Below are positions 25,788-36,050 of a stretch of 64,000 nucleotides of DNA, piece after piece. The first letter of the stretch is position 1; every line of letters starts with the position of its first letter. The notes beneath the pieces were generated by a model. The model saw nothing but the letters and a program-made list of their open reading frames with translations, was not told the origin of the DNA and ran no database searches. The position numbers and the translations under genes are program-made. Source of the stretch: a virus (Duplodnaviria; Caudoviricetes); IMG/VR virus record IMGVR_UViG_3300033407_000010, positions 217-64,216 of that record; one strand, written 5' to 3'.

Positions 25788-26840
25788 CTATACGGTCAAT
25801 GTCGTCGGATCCGACGAGCTTGCTGCCTTGGCCCCGGCAAAGCGGGAGAACCCGCCATGCCGAAGGCTGTTGTCGTATTTGTCGTGGCACATGATCGGGG
25901 TCTTGTTGCAGTCCGGCCAGATCAGCGCGGTGTCGCCGGCCTGCACGCAGATGCCGACCGGCTGGAATGTGATCAGCCGCAGATCGGACTGCGTCCAGTA
26001 GCCGATCTTGAAGGTCCGGTTTTTATACCGGCCGCTCGCGAAGGTGATCTTGCCTGGATTGTACCAGCCATCGATGGCCCGCGGATCGGGCAGCTCTGTC
26101 AGTGTGAGGTTGTGATGGTTCTGCACGGTGTCGATCGTGCAGGCGCGCTCCCAGGCGTTGCGGGCGATGAACACGACGCTGCCATCCGTGGTCAGCGCCC
26201 CTATGGTGTAGTTATAGGTTGGCATGCTGGCGGCTGTCGTGCCGGCGGTCACCACCTCGAAATAGACGTTGCCGTAGCCCGCTGGCGAGGCGCCGGTGAG
26301 CGCTCGCACGCAACCGCCGATCGCATAGGCCGTCGACCGCGCAACGTCCGGGCGCATCACCGGAATGCCGCAGAACGTGTTGCCGAAGGCGTACCGGCAA
26401 TGCAGCTGGAACGTATCGACCAGCTTGTTGCGCGGGAATGCATGATGGTTGTCGGCCTCGAACACGACCGCGTCGTAACTCGACTGGTCGACCGCCGTGA
26501 CCTTGCCGATGAAGTGAAAATCCTTCGCGGTCGGGTTGGCGGCGTTGGCGATGTGAACTTCGAGCACGGCGCGACGAAACAGCCCGAGCGCGACATCGAC
26601 CGGATCGATCAGTCCGCCGGCAAGCGTCGCCAGCCCGATCGCCGTCGAGGCCGGCGTTCCGTCCTTGCTCTCGGTGACATCGTATTCCAGTAGCCCGGTC
26701 ACCGACTGCCAGGTCGCATCGCCCGGGATGGTGATCGCACGGTCCCAGGACGTGAAGCGGTAGACCGTCCCGTCCTCCCGCGTGAGCGTGTAGAGCCGGA
26801 CCGGCTTGCCGGTCGTCAGGTCGAATGAATAGGTTCTCAT
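25788..26840 (-). CDS. Baseplate hub protein (DUF2163/BR0599-like)
   Basis: LTREDGTVYRFTSWD, CRYAFGNTFCG, FASGRYKN, GDTALIWPDCNKT..CHDKYDN..RHGGF. Confidence 0.9.
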   Translation of the reverse strand: MRTYSFDLTTGKPVRLYTLTREDGTVYRFTSWDRAITIPGDATWQSVTGLLEYDVTESKDGTPASTAIGLATLAGGLIDPVDVALGLFRRAVLEVHIANAANPTAKDFHFIGKVTAVDQSSYDAVVFEADNHHAFPRNKLVDTFQLHCRYAFGNTFCGIPVMRPDVARSTAYAIGGCVRALTGASPAGYGNVYFEVVTAGTTAASMPTYNYTIGALTTDGSVVFIARNAWERACTIDTVQNHHNLTLTELPDPRAIDGWYNPGKITFASGRYKNRTFKIGYWTQSDLRLITFQPVGICVQAGDTALIWPDCNKTPIMCHDKYDNSLRHGGFSRFAGAKAASSSDPTTLTV

Positions 26841-27451
26841 TTGTTGAGCAGCTCGACCACGGTTGCCGATCGGATCTGCTGCCGCACTTCCGGGGTCGCG
26901 ACGTTCTCGACCACCGTATTGAGCTCGTCGGTCTCCCAGCGCACCGCCGTATAGAATTGAAAGTCCGCCACGACCGGCGCGTCAAGCGCTGGCGCCGAGA
27001 CGAACGTGATGACGCCGGTCGCGTAGTTGACGCTGTAGTGCGTGCCCTCGCTTTGCCCCGCGCCGTCGAGCGTGATCGTGACGGTCGAATGGACCGGATG
27101 CAGGATGTTCTTGGTCACGCTCAAGGCGCCGGCCGTCCGCGTCAGCGTCAGCTGGAACACCGTCTCCGATGCATCGCCGGTGCCGATCAGCTGAGCGACA
27201 GCGATGCGATCACGCCCGCGCGGCGGGTAGATCAGGAACCCGGTGTGGCGGCCATGCACCTCGAAGAACGACTCGACGTTCTCCACGTCGTCAAAGTGCC
27301 ACGACAGCTGCCAGCGCCGGCGCGGGAAACTCTCGCGCGCGACCGTCTCGTCCTCGCCGTTGTCGCCCTCCTGGATCACCGAGTTGTCGACGATCTGCCC
27401 GACCGCGCTGATGATGACGGTGCCCGGCAGAACCACAGGATTGACGATCAT
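26837..27451 (-). CDS. Distal tail protein (DUF2460-like)
   Basis: FFEVHGRHTGFL, IGTGDASETVFQL, NYATGVITFVSAP, ADFQFYTAVRW. Confidence 0.9.
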   Translation of the reverse strand: MIVNPVVLPGTVIISAVGQIVDNSVIQEGDNGEDETVARESFPRRRWQLSWHFDDVENVESFFEVHGRHTGFLIYPPRGRDRIAVAQLIGTGDASETVFQLTLTRTAGALSVTKNILHPVHSTVTITLDGAGQSEGTHYSVNYATGVITFVSAPALDAPVVADFQFYTAVRWETDELNTVVENVATPEVRQQIRSATVVELLNK

Positions 27452-30400
27452 CACACTGCCGACCGGAAACTGTTGCCGTAGCCGGCCGCCGCCTGGCGGC
27501 GCGTGCGCCGGTCGCCGAGGTCGTTGGCGCGGGTGTTGAACACGAACGTCTGGTTGAAGCTCGTCGTCCTTGGTCCCGGCGCGGCGCCGCGGTCGTTGTC
27601 TGGCACGACCTCGACCGGCATGGAGCCGGTACGGATCAGCCGCGGATTCGGCCCGTGCTCGCCGACATAGGCCAGCGTGTTGGGTTCGATCAGCCCGCCG
27701 CCGGCAAAGCCGGTGACGCCCTCGATCAGCGTCTTGCCGCCGACGATGCCGATCCCGCCGCCGGTCAGCTCCTTGACGATGTCGGTCTCGCCGGTTGTGG
27801 TCTTTTTCGTCTGGTCGAAAAAGCCGGTCTGATCGTAGGTGAAATCCTCCTCGCCCTCCTGGAAGAATCCAATCCGCAAGGCGCCATGGCCTTCGGTATA
27901 GATCTTGTTGAGGCCGATCGTGAGATCGTCGGTCGATTCCTTCAGGTCGTCCAGGCTGTCGGTGAGATCCTTGATCAGCTGCTCGCGCGCCAGCGTCATC
28001 GGCGTCGCGCGAATCAGCTTCAGCTCCCGCTCGATGACATCGATCTGGTCCTCCTCGGGGAGGAAGTCCAGGAGCTCGTCGATCGCGTCGACCGTGACGT
28101 CTGTCAGCCCGGGGCCCCATTTGCGGTGCCCTGCGGTCTTGATCAGACGGTCAATCGCATCCTCGTAGGATCCGCCTCTCCTGAAGACTTCGTCGATGAT
28201 GTTTTCCGCGCCTGTACTGTTTAGGAATGCCTTTCCGCTGTCAGTGTAGTCGACACCTTCCGCTCTTGCATCACGAAATTCCGACGGAATTATCTCCGCC
28301 AGAGTGCTCGTGAATGTTCCGGTGAACTGGGATTCCCCGCCGACCGCGAAGTCCGAAAACTCCTTGCCGCCCATGTTGAGGTAGGTCTTGAACGAATCGT
28401 TGAGCTGCTCCTGCAGGTCGATCGCGCGCTGCATCGCCGAGTTGGTCGACAGCTGCTGCGACGTGATCCGCGCCTGGGTGTTTTCCAGGGTCGCGGCTGA
28501 CAGCGACGCGGCCTGCTGCGAGGTCGCGCCCTGCCGGATGGCGTTGTCGTACGCCTGCGCCGCGGCGACGGTCGCCTCCTCGCCGCGCTGGCGCGCATAG
28601 ATCAACTCGGTCTGCTGCCGCAGCGAGAAGATCTGCTGCTCGAACTGCGCGCTGAGCTGTGCCTCCGCGACCGCGCGCTGCGCGGCGGCAAGCATCATCG
28701 CGTCCCTCAGCGGCCTTTCTTGCTGCAGCAGATCGAGGATCGTGGCGTTTTCCTGGGCGCTCAATCGCTCCTGCGCCGTCACCGCGCCGGCCACCTGCTC
28801 CTGGGCGCTCAGGTTCGCCAGCGCTTTTGCCGTCTCGGTCGTTACATCGCCATAGGTGCGCCGCAGGTCGCTCACGATGCTGAGGCGGCGCTCCTCGGCC
28901 GCGACCGCCTTCCGCCCTAAATCGTCTTGCTCGGCGGCAATGCGGCGCGCCAGCCTGGCATACCGCGACAGCCCCATGAGGGGCCCTGCGATCTGGGCCT
29001 TGTCGAGGTCCGCGGTCAGCTTCGCGGCCTGCTCGAGTTGCCGCACCGCCGGGATCAGCGACTTGACCGCGTCGTCGGCATCGGTCGACAATCTGTTGAG
29101 CCGGATTTCTTCCGCGGCGCGCTCTGCCGCCCCCTGCTGCAAGATCAAGTCGGCCATCTTGTTGTGGAGCACATCAAGGTCGTCCAGCGTCTTCTCAAAA
29201 AGAGGACTGTCTGGCAGGATTTTGTTCCCGCTCATGAGCTCTTGCAGCCGGTCGGCGCGGGCCTGCAGCCTGTCCATCTCCCGCTGTACGTCGGAAGTGG
29301 TTTCTTCCGGCGTTCTGGCACCGGTCGCCCGATCGATCACCCGTCCCAATGCCGTCCAGGCATCCGAGATCTTGCTGGTCAAGGTGTCCCAGCTCTTCGA
29401 CCAGTTCGAGGTCAGCCGGTCGGCGTTCTCCAGCGCCGGCGACAACCGGTCGACCAGCACCCGCTGCGCTTCCTGCAACCGGTTCTGGTCGACCAGCGTG
29501 CGGATGTACTCCCGCGTCCGGCCGTCGAGAAATCCGATCGTCTTGTTGAGGTCGTCGGCGCCCTTCACCGGGTCGGCAAACGCCGCCGCAAGCTGCTTGG
29601 CCGCTGCGGTCGCGTCCTGCCCGGTGACGATCGAGAATTCCTTGGTGACGTCGGTCAGCCGCGCGATATTGTCTTCGTAGATTTTGCCGGTCGCCGCGAA
29701 CGCGGTCGCGGCCTCGCGGCCCTGCGAAAACGACAGGCCCTTGGCGGTATCGGCAATCCGCTCGATGTCGTCGACGGTCACGTCGGACGCCCGGCCGATT
29801 CCCGCCAGCTCGCGCTCGATGTCGCGGCGCGCCGAGGCGAACGAGGAAGCGGCAGCCAGCGCGACCGTGCCGATCGCCCCGATGCCGAGCCCGACCAGCC
29901 GCGCCGGCGTGAGCAAGCCGGTAAAGACGCCGCCGAGCTCCTTGAACAGGTCGATCGGCTTGCGCCCGGACAGCGCGAAGATCTGAGCGAGCTGGCCGCC
30001 CTGCTGGGCGAAGATCATGAACGCCGACTGCCCGGCGATGGCCTGCTGGGTGACGTCAATCAGCTGGAAGCCGAGATTGCGCGACTCGAAGCTCAGCGCC
30101 CGGAATCCGCCGGCGGTATCGCGCGTCGTCGCGTTCAGCGCCATGTACCTTTCGTTGGCGCCGGTGATCTGGTTGACCTGCCCGGTAAAGGCGAGCTTGG
30201 TGTTCGTGATGGCGGCCGCACGCTGCTGTTCGCTGAGCGCGCCGACCCGCGCGGCCTGGTTGATCTCGGCAAGCGATGCCTTGTACTGCTGCCCGGCGGC
30301 GAACAGCGGATCGTACTTGGCCCGCAGCGCATCGAGCTGCTGGCCATAGGCCTGGATATCCTTTCCCCTCGCCGCGCTGTCAAACTCGCCGATGCCGAAA

Positions 30401-30825
30401 CGCTGGTCGATCGCCGCGGCGCCGCGCGGCATCAGCAATTGCCGCATCCGCTCGGCTTCTTTTGCCGCGACACGATCAAGGACGATCGCATACTCGTTGG
30501 CGGCCCGCGCCGATTGGATGAACGTCTGCACCGACAGCTGGTCGACCCCGCTCCCGACCGAAGCGAGCTGCTGAAATTCACGCGCCACGCTTTCAAGGGC
30601 CGCCATGGTGCTTGCGGCCATCGTGTCGGTGGCCGTCGTGGCGGCCACGATCAGGCGCGAGAATTCCGATGCCCCCGCACCGGTGGCGCGAAACGCGGTC
30701 TCGGCGGACTGCCCCATGCGGGACGTCGCCTGCTCGACGCGCGCGGCCGCGGGGACCAGCGCGTCAAGATCGGCGACGGCCTGCTTGGCCTGGCCGGAAT
30801 TGATGGTGAGGCCGAGTTCAGCCAT
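27451..30825 (-). CDS. Tape measure protein
   Basis: 1124 aa helical; LGFQLIDVTQQAIAGQS.FMIFAQQGGQLAQI lambdoid TMP motif. Confidence 0.92.
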   Translation of the reverse strand: MAELGLTINSGQAKQAVADLDALVPAAARVEQATSRMGQSAETAFRATGAGASEFSRLIVAATTATDTMAASTMAALESVAREFQQLASVGSGVDQLSVQTFIQSARAANEYAIVLDRVAAKEAERMRQLLMPRGAAAIDQRFGIGEFDSAARGKDIQAYGQQLDALRAKYDPLFAAGQQYKASLAEINQAARVGALSEQQRAAAITNTKLAFTGQVNQITGANERYMALNATTRDTAGGFRALSFESRNLGFQLIDVTQQAIAGQSAFMIFAQQGGQLAQIFALSGRKPIDLFKELGGVFTGLLTPARLVGLGIGAIGTVALAAASSFASARRDIERELAGIGRASDVTVDDIERIADTAKGLSFSQGREAATAFAATGKIYEDNIARLTDVTKEFSIVTGQDATAAAKQLAAAFADPVKGADDLNKTIGFLDGRTREYIRTLVDQNRLQEAQRVLVDRLSPALENADRLTSNWSKSWDTLTSKISDAWTALGRVIDRATGARTPEETTSDVQREMDRLQARADRLQELMSGNKILPDSPLFEKTLDDLDVLHNKMADLILQQGAAERAAEEIRLNRLSTDADDAVKSLIPAVRQLEQAAKLTADLDKAQIAGPLMGLSRYARLARRIAAEQDDLGRKAVAAEERRLSIVSDLRRTYGDVTTETAKALANLSAQEQVAGAVTAQERLSAQENATILDLLQQERPLRDAMMLAAAQRAVAEAQLSAQFEQQIFSLRQQTELIYARQRGEEATVAAAQAYDNAIRQGATSQQAASLSAATLENTQARITSQQLSTNSAMQRAIDLQEQLNDSFKTYLNMGGKEFSDFAVGGESQFTGTFTSTLAEIIPSEFRDARAEGVDYTDSGKAFLNSTGAENIIDEVFRRGGSYEDAIDRLIKTAGHRKWGPGLTDVTVDAIDELLDFLPEEDQIDVIERELKLIRATPMTLAREQLIKDLTDSLDDLKESTDDLTIGLNKIYTEGHGALRIGFFQEGEEDFTYDQTGFFDQTKKTTTGETDIVKELTGGGIGIVGGKTLIEGVTGFAGGGLIEPNTLAYVGEHGPNPRLIRTGSMPVEVVPDNDRGAAPGPRTTSFNQTFVFNTRANDLGDRRTRRQAAAGYGNSFRSAV

Positions 30826-31240
30826 GGCGGCGGGGCTTCTTCTTTGCCTTCGATGGCGTGGACAGCAGCTGCTTCATCAGCTGCGGCGTCATCGGCTCCT
30901 TGTGGATCACGTCTTTTTCCTCGGCGCCATCGTTCTTCTTGTTCATGAGTTTGATGGCCCGCTGATCCATCGCCGTCAGTGCGGCGAGTTCCCACGGCGC
31001 GAACCGGTATCCGGCCAGCGCGGAGTAGTGTGCGATCTCGCTATACGGGATCGGCAATGCGCCAAAGCCCGTGCCGGACCGCTTGCCGTCAAGTGCGACG
31101 AACGCGGCAAATACCGACTGGGCGGCCGCCGGCACGCCGGCCCACACGCGCCCGCCTACCCGGCCTGGGATGCTTTGGAGCTTTCCTTCGTACCATCGCT
31201 CGACGGCGCGGCCGAGGGCGGCGTCGAGCGCTTGGTAAAA
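30818..31240 (-). CDS. Tail assembly chaperone C-terminal part (gpT-like), probably reached by -1 frameshift
   Basis: GFGALPIPYSEIAHY...PWELAALTAMD; no early Met; overlaps TAC end in -1 frame. Confidence 0.65.
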   Translation of the reverse strand, partial: FYQALDAALGRAVERWYEGKLQSIPGRVGGRVWAGVPAAAQSVFAAFVALDGKRSGTGFGALPIPYSEIAHYSALAGYRFAPWELAALTAMDQRAIKLMNKKNDGAEEKDVIHKEPMTPQLMKQLLSTPSKAKKKPRRHG

Positions 31241-31629
31241 GACGTCCTGCGCCCGGCGCGCTGCCGCACCTGATCGAAGATGAACGGATAGCGCATGTAG
31301 AGGTCGAATGCGGCCGCCTCGCTGCACTCGTATTCCTTGCCGCCGAATTTCAGCTTCGGCGGCAACCACGACAGCGTCGCCTTGGCCATGATGCGCCGCT
31401 CGTTGGCATCTATCTCCGCGGCTAAGAGCGGCGCCGTGTCCTCGGCGTCAAGCCGCTGCTGTTGCATATCGTGCAAAGCGGCCCGGACCCTTTTGGAGTC
31501 CGGGCCGGTCACCGTGATGGTTACGCCGAGCTTGGTTCGCAGGTCGGGTCCCTTGATCTCGACCTGCAGCCCCTCCTCCTGCCTTGCCTGGAGATCGTCA
31601 AAGCGGGAAAGATCAAATGCATCTGTCAT
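31156..31629 (-). CDS. Tail assembly chaperone (gpG-like)
   Basis: LGVTITVTGPDSKRVR...YPFIFDQV; position between tube and TMP. Confidence 0.8.
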   Translation of the reverse strand: MTDAFDLSRFDDLQARQEEGLQVEIKGPDLRTKLGVTITVTGPDSKRVRAALHDMQQQRLDAEDTAPLLAAEIDANERRIMAKATLSWLPPKLKFGGKEYECSEAAAFDLYMRYPFIFDQVRQRAGRRTSFTKRSTPPSAAPSSDGTKESSKASQAG

Positions 31630-31672
31630 GGATTCACCCAAACTCCTGTTACGCGACGAGAGCATCACGCCG

Positions 31673-32086
31673 CTACAGCGTCACGCCCGACACCTGGATA
31701 TCGACTTCGATGATCGCCGCGGTCGTGGCAAGCCCGAGCAGCACGACATCGTCGCCGACGGCTATGTCAGCGAGCGGGGCAATGCCGCCGGCCGTCGCCG
31801 ACAGGTAATAGGCCGTGCCGGCCGTGACGGCGGCGCCGATCGTGATCGGCCCCTTTTCCAGAACCGCAAGCGGCTGACCGTCCGATGCACCGTTGAGCGC
31901 GATGCCGACCGGCTGGCGGACCTCCGCCGTCGCGTGATCGGCATCGGCGAGCTTGTACTTGCCCGTGGCGGCCTCCTTGTAGACGACCTGCCCCGCGGTA
32001 ATGGTGGCGCCGGCCTTGCCGCCGGTTGCGACGCGCGCGCTGCCGCCGGCAATGACGCTGGCGGCCGTGATGGTGATGTCAACCAT
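31673..32086 (-). CDS. Virion decoration/cement-like protein
   Basis: AGATITAGQVVY...YKLADAD...VGIALNGA..GQPL. Confidence 0.6.
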   Translation of the reverse strand: MVDITITAASVIAGGSARVATGGKAGATITAGQVVYKEAATGKYKLADADHATAEVRQPVGIALNGASDGQPLAVLEKGPITIGAAVTAGTAYYLSATAGGIAPLADIAVGDDVVLLGLATTAAIIEVDIQVSGVTL

Positions 32087-32149
32087 GGTCTATCTCCTGG
32101 GGATGCTTGGAAAGTTGCGACGTGGTGGGCGTTAGCCGCCGCCGACCGC

Positions 32150-32611
32150 CTACGCGGCGTCTTCGACGATGTTGGAGTTGATCTCGATCGTCGAGTTGAT
32201 GTTGTCGATCGTGTTGGCCTGACCGCCGGCCTTGGAGAAGTTCATCGCAATCCCGACGAAGTACCAGTCATCTCCGGACGACCATTCGATCTTGAAGGCG
32301 TAATTGCTCTTGTTGGAGCCTGCGCTGGCCACCAGCAATGCTGCCTGTCCGGCATCGCTCGGCAGCTTGGCAAAGACGTTCTGCATGCTGCCGGCATTGG
32401 CCGTTCCCTTCTGCTTCAGGTCGCGACCGCGATTGATCAGCTGCGTCGTGATCAGCGTGGCGACGTCGCCGATGCCGCCGGCTTGCGACCAGCCGTCGAT
32501 CTCGACCCAGCTCTCGCCGGAAAAATCGGAAAGGATGAAGTCCGCAGCCTGCGTGACTTTGGTGCCGCCGATGTGGATTTTGCTGCCAGCGACGGGGAAA
32601 AGATCAGCCAT
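32150..32611 (-). CDS. Major tail tube protein
   Basis: PVAGSKIHIG...GRDLKQKGTANAGSMQ...DAGQAAL...TIEINS. Confidence 0.8.
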   Translation of the reverse strand: MADLFPVAGSKIHIGGTKVTQAADFILSDFSGESWVEIDGWSQAGGIGDVATLITTQLINRGRDLKQKGTANAGSMQNVFAKLPSDAGQAALLVASAGSNKSNYAFKIEWSSGDDWYFVGIAMNFSKAGGQANTIDNINSTIEINSNIVEDAA

Positions 32612-32696
32612 GGGAGGCTCCTTTTATCGGCGCATCGGTCACACACGCCTGCCGGACCCCAAGCGCCGGAGTGCGGCCAGACAAGCGTTTGGTGGT

Positions 32697-33131
32697 TTAC
32701 GGATAGACCTGCCAGGGGATGACGACCGGGATCTCGGTGTAGACCGGACCCTGCATGTCGTCGTTTACGACCGGCTCCTCGACGATCCAGAACGTGATAC
32801 CGTCGTAATCAAACCTGGTGGCGAAAGCGAAGTGATCGCGGATCGTGCCCGCCAGTTCGGACGCCGCGATTATCCCCTTGCCGACCGGCCAGCACACGAC
32901 CGCCAGAATCAATCCCATGCGCACCGGCTCGCGGCCGCCGCCGATGTGAATGGTGGACGGCCGGTTCTTGCGGACGGACAGCCGCACATAGGGCAGCGGA
33001 TTGTTGCTGCCGTCGCTCGCAGGGGTGAAGTCGATGTTCGGATATGCGACGGTGACCCCTTGCGGCAGCGCTATTTCTCCAAAGCGAGCGAGCAGGCCGG
33101 CGACGATTTTAGCCTCTATCGAGATCGCCAT
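32697..33131 (-). CDS. Tail terminator-like protein (DUF4128-like)
   Basis: VAYPNIDFTP...WPVGKG...IRDHF. Confidence 0.75.
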   Translation of the reverse strand: MAISIEAKIVAGLLARFGEIALPQGVTVAYPNIDFTPASDGSNNPLPYVRLSVRKNRPSTIHIGGGREPVRMGLILAVVCWPVGKGIIAASELAGTIRDHFAFATRFDYDGITFWIVEEPVVNDDMQGPVYTEIPVVIPWQVYP

Positions 33132-33335
33132 GACATGCTACTCTCCCGGCCCAGATGGCCAATCTGTCCGACGACGAAGCGTTTGGGCGGCTGCACGCCG
33201 CACTGCTGGCCATCGGCCGCGAGCGAGGACAAACCGCACATGCCGAGACCGCGCTGGCCACCGCCAGGCTGGCGCTGACGGCGCTGCAGATGGCGCTGCT
33301 GGAGGCGGGCGAACGGGCAGGCGAGGCCGACGGCA

Positions 33336-33803
33336 CTAGCGAGCCTGGATCTTCCGCAGCTCCGCCTCGACCTCCGCAACGATAGCCGGCCAGCGCTGCG
33401 CCGCCTTCTCGACGAACAGATGCCCGGACTGGCTGAAGCTTCTGCCAGCCGCGTCCTGTCCGGTAAAGCCGTAGTTCATCCGGCGCGCGTAGACCGCGGT
33501 GTATCCGGCATAGATGGCATCGCCGAGCGTGGCGCCGGCGATCGTCAGGACGACCGGGCCGGAATCGAACGAATAGCTTGCACTCTTGGCGCCGGTCGCG
33601 GTCATCTGCGGCATGGCGGTCGTCGACGCCTGCAGCGAGTGCCACAGAAATCCGGTATCGACCGGCACGTTGCCGCCCTGCGGGATCGGCGTGTTCATCT
33701 CCTCGAGCACGCGCTGCGCCGACTCGCGGAACACGGCCTCGAGCTCCGCCTTCACCTGGCCGACTTCCTGCGACACCTGGGCGGCAAAGTTCAAGGTGGC
33801 CAT
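33336..33803 (-). CDS. HK97 gp10-like neck/tail completion protein
   Basis: VPVDTGFLWHS, YTAVYARRMNYG, FVEKAAQRWPAIV. Confidence 0.85.
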   Translation of the reverse strand: MATLNFAAQVSQEVGQVKAELEAVFRESAQRVLEEMNTPIPQGGNVPVDTGFLWHSLQASTTAMPQMTATGAKSASYSFDSGPVVLTIAGATLGDAIYAGYTAVYARRMNYGFTGQDAAGRSFSQSGHLFVEKAAQRWPAIVAEVEAELRKIQAR

Positions 33804-34852
33804 CACGCGGCCCTCCGGCTGACCGACGCCAGGAAGTTGATCCTGATCCGCTCGTAGCAGCGGCACATGATATCGGTGTCATGGGGCGCATGCAGCGAAA
33901 GGCCGGTTGGCGAGTGCCGGCTTTTTGGCGTCGCGAACGGCTCGCGCCAGCGCCGGCCCTGTTTGTTCATCCCCGGAATCAGCCTGTGGTCCGGGCGGAC
34001 CCGCAAGTCCCCGACGGTGACCCAGTAGCGAGTGATGCTGTCCTGATCGACCAGGCCGTTGGCGATCGCCTGCTCGTAGGCTTGCGTCTGCGCGGACCCG
34101 AGCGCGCGGATCGTCTCGGTGCGGGCGATATTCTCGCCGCGCCAGCGCAGCGCCCGGCTGGCGTAGGCCAGCCGCATCCTGGCCTGCAGATCGGCCGGGA
34201 TCCCTGTGCCGTCCCTGATCGCCTTGAGCACCGAGGAATCGAACCGCTTGTCCCGCAACCCCCGATCCAACAGCCGCCGCAGCGCAACGGGATCCGTCGA
34301 CGCCAGGTCGTCGGTATAACTCGCCAGCCACTTTTCCTGCGTCGAGTGCAGTCCGATGACGCCGCCGACACGCTGCCCGCTCTTTCGATCCAGCCGCCCG
34401 ACCAGGTCGAGCGCGGCCGTGCGAGGATTGGCGCCCTGCGCCAGGTTGCGTTGCAGATACGAGCGCACCGTCGTGCGCTGATCGTCCGTGATGTCCTGCA
34501 CCAGCGTCGACGACTGCTCGCGGATAATCCGCTCCGCCTCCGGATTGCGGACATCGAAACGGATCTGGACCTCGTAGCCGCCGACCATCCTGGCCGGCGG
34601 GATCGTTCGGGCCGCGGCAATGCCGCCCTCGTTGTAGATGCGCGTCAGCTCCAGCTGCACCGGCGTGAACGCCGCCGGGTCCAGCCCGACCGCGCGCAAC
34701 GCGCCCTCGATGTCGCTGTTCTCGATAAGCCCGGTCAGCGATCCGACATTGACGCTGCGGAGGTCCTGGATCGCCTCAAGAAACGCATCGCGCAGCCTCG
34801 GTTCCCACTTGGCTGCAAGCTCCTCGATGTAGCGTGACGATGGGCGAGGCAT
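33803..34852 (-). CDS. Mu gpF-like minor head protein
   Basis: ENIARTETIRA, YWVTVGDLRVRPDH, IMCRC. Confidence 0.9.
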   Translation of the reverse strand: MPRPSSRYIEELAAKWEPRLRDAFLEAIQDLRSVNVGSLTGLIENSDIEGALRAVGLDPAAFTPVQLELTRIYNEGGIAAARTIPPARMVGGYEVQIRFDVRNPEAERIIREQSSTLVQDITDDQRTTVRSYLQRNLAQGANPRTAALDLVGRLDRKSGQRVGGVIGLHSTQEKWLASYTDDLASTDPVALRRLLDRGLRDKRFDSSVLKAIRDGTGIPADLQARMRLAYASRALRWRGENIARTETIRALGSAQTQAYEQAIANGLVDQDSITRYWVTVGDLRVRPDHRLIPGMNKQGRRWREPFATPKSRHSPTGLSLHAPHDTDIMCRCYERIRINFLASVSRRAA

Positions 34853-35230
34853 CTATGCCCTCGCCTGCAGCTCGTAATAGACCACCGTGCCGGCCGGGTT
34901 GAGCTGGCCGACGGCAACGATCTCATGCGACTTGCCGCCGATCACCAGCCGATCGGACGTCAGCGGCTCGATCGCCAGCCCCGCGGTCGAGACGTACACC
35001 CGCCGATCGCCGGCGAGGATCAGCGTTCCGTCAATCTCGCGATTGTCGTAGTCCATCACGGCGACGACGCAGGCATGGTCGGTCGTCACACGAACATCGT
35101 CTTCCGGGTCCCATGGCGTGCCGCTCGGGTCGCTTGTGCTTGCCACGCGCCGGACGACGGCGGCCTGTCCGAACCTGGCGAACTGTCGTTCCGCCGTGGC
35201 TCGCGCCCGGGCATAGTTGAACGTCGTCAT
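34853..35230 (-). CDS. Head closure protein
   Basis: IDGTLILAGDRRVYV...NPAGTVVYYELQAR. Confidence 0.8.
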   Translation of the reverse strand: MTTFNYARARATAERQFARFGQAAVVRRVASTSDPSGTPWDPEDDVRVTTDHACVVAVMDYDNREIDGTLILAGDRRVYVSTAGLAIEPLTSDRLVIGGKSHEIVAVGQLNPAGTVVYYELQARA

Positions 35231-35742
35231 ACCCTCAACAGCGTTCCGGTGTAGCTGTTGTCCAGGAACGGCACGATCAGATCGCGCACAATCAGCAGGA
35301 TCGGGCGCGACGCATCCGCGCCGCTCTTGGCGTTTGCATATTCGACCTCCAGATCGCCGACGCGCTCCCTGACCACGCGATCGGCAAACGTCACGTCCGG
35401 ATTGAGCGCGCCTGGCGTCGCCAGTTCGCGCTGCGTCACCTCGCACACCGCATGCACGATCTCGACCGGCACTGCGTCGGAGGCGACCGCCCAGCCGTCC
35501 GCGTCCACGACGCCATGACGCGGCCAGGCCATGGCTTGATCGCGGGCGTTGACCTTGTGGCCCTGGTACCGATAGGCGCGCGTCAGGAAGGTGCTCGCGC
35601 GCCGCAGCGCCTGCTCGATCCCGGTATCGTCATAGGCGGAATAGTCGAAGCCGCGATCGTCGCTGTACGCCTTGAAGGCGGCAACGGACACGAGCGAATC
35701 GGCATTGGCAAGTCCGGTGCCATCTTCGACGGTGATGGCCAT
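35227..35742 (-). CDS. Head-tail adaptor (DnaT-like annotated family)
   Basis: MAITVEDGTGLANADSLVSV...QAMAWPR...RERVGDLEVEY. Confidence 0.85.
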   Translation of the reverse strand: MAITVEDGTGLANADSLVSVAAFKAYSDDRGFDYSAYDDTGIEQALRRASTFLTRAYRYQGHKVNARDQAMAWPRHGVVDADGWAVASDAVPVEIVHAVCEVTQRELATPGALNPDVTFADRVVRERVGDLEVEYANAKSGADASRPILLIVRDLIVPFLDNSYTGTLLRV

Positions 35743-36011
35743 CAGATCAAATCCATATCTCGGATGACTCTCATTTTCATGGCCTCACACAGCGCCACGA
35801 TTTCGGATGAACGCAGATTGCAAGCCCAAAACGACAGCCGGTAGCCGTCTTCCTTGGTGTCAAGTCCGAGCACGAGCAGCTTATCCGGCGTCTTGATGCC
35901 GGCCCGCAGGTCTTCGGCCGCGTCCTCAAGGCACTCGATCGGCGACAGCAAGCTGTTGTTGTTTTCCCGATCGGCGCGAAGAGCATTGATGGATCGCACC
36001 TCAGTCATCAT
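35742..36011 (-). CDS. Hypothetical protein
   Basis: 89 aa in late operon. Confidence 0.55.
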   Translation of the reverse strand: MMTEVRSINALRADRENNNSLLSPIECLEDAAEDLRAGIKTPDKLLVLGLDTKEDGYRLSFWACNLRSSEIVALCEAMKMRVIRDMDLI

Positions 36012-36050
36012 CGCTTGATCTCCGGATGCGATCCATTTCAGGCAGCCCCG

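Noticed and set aside
33155-33385. 76-aa + strand ORF inside the late operon
   Set aside because: Overlaps the gp10-like gene convergently by 50 nt with no recognisable motif; could be a moron but unsupported
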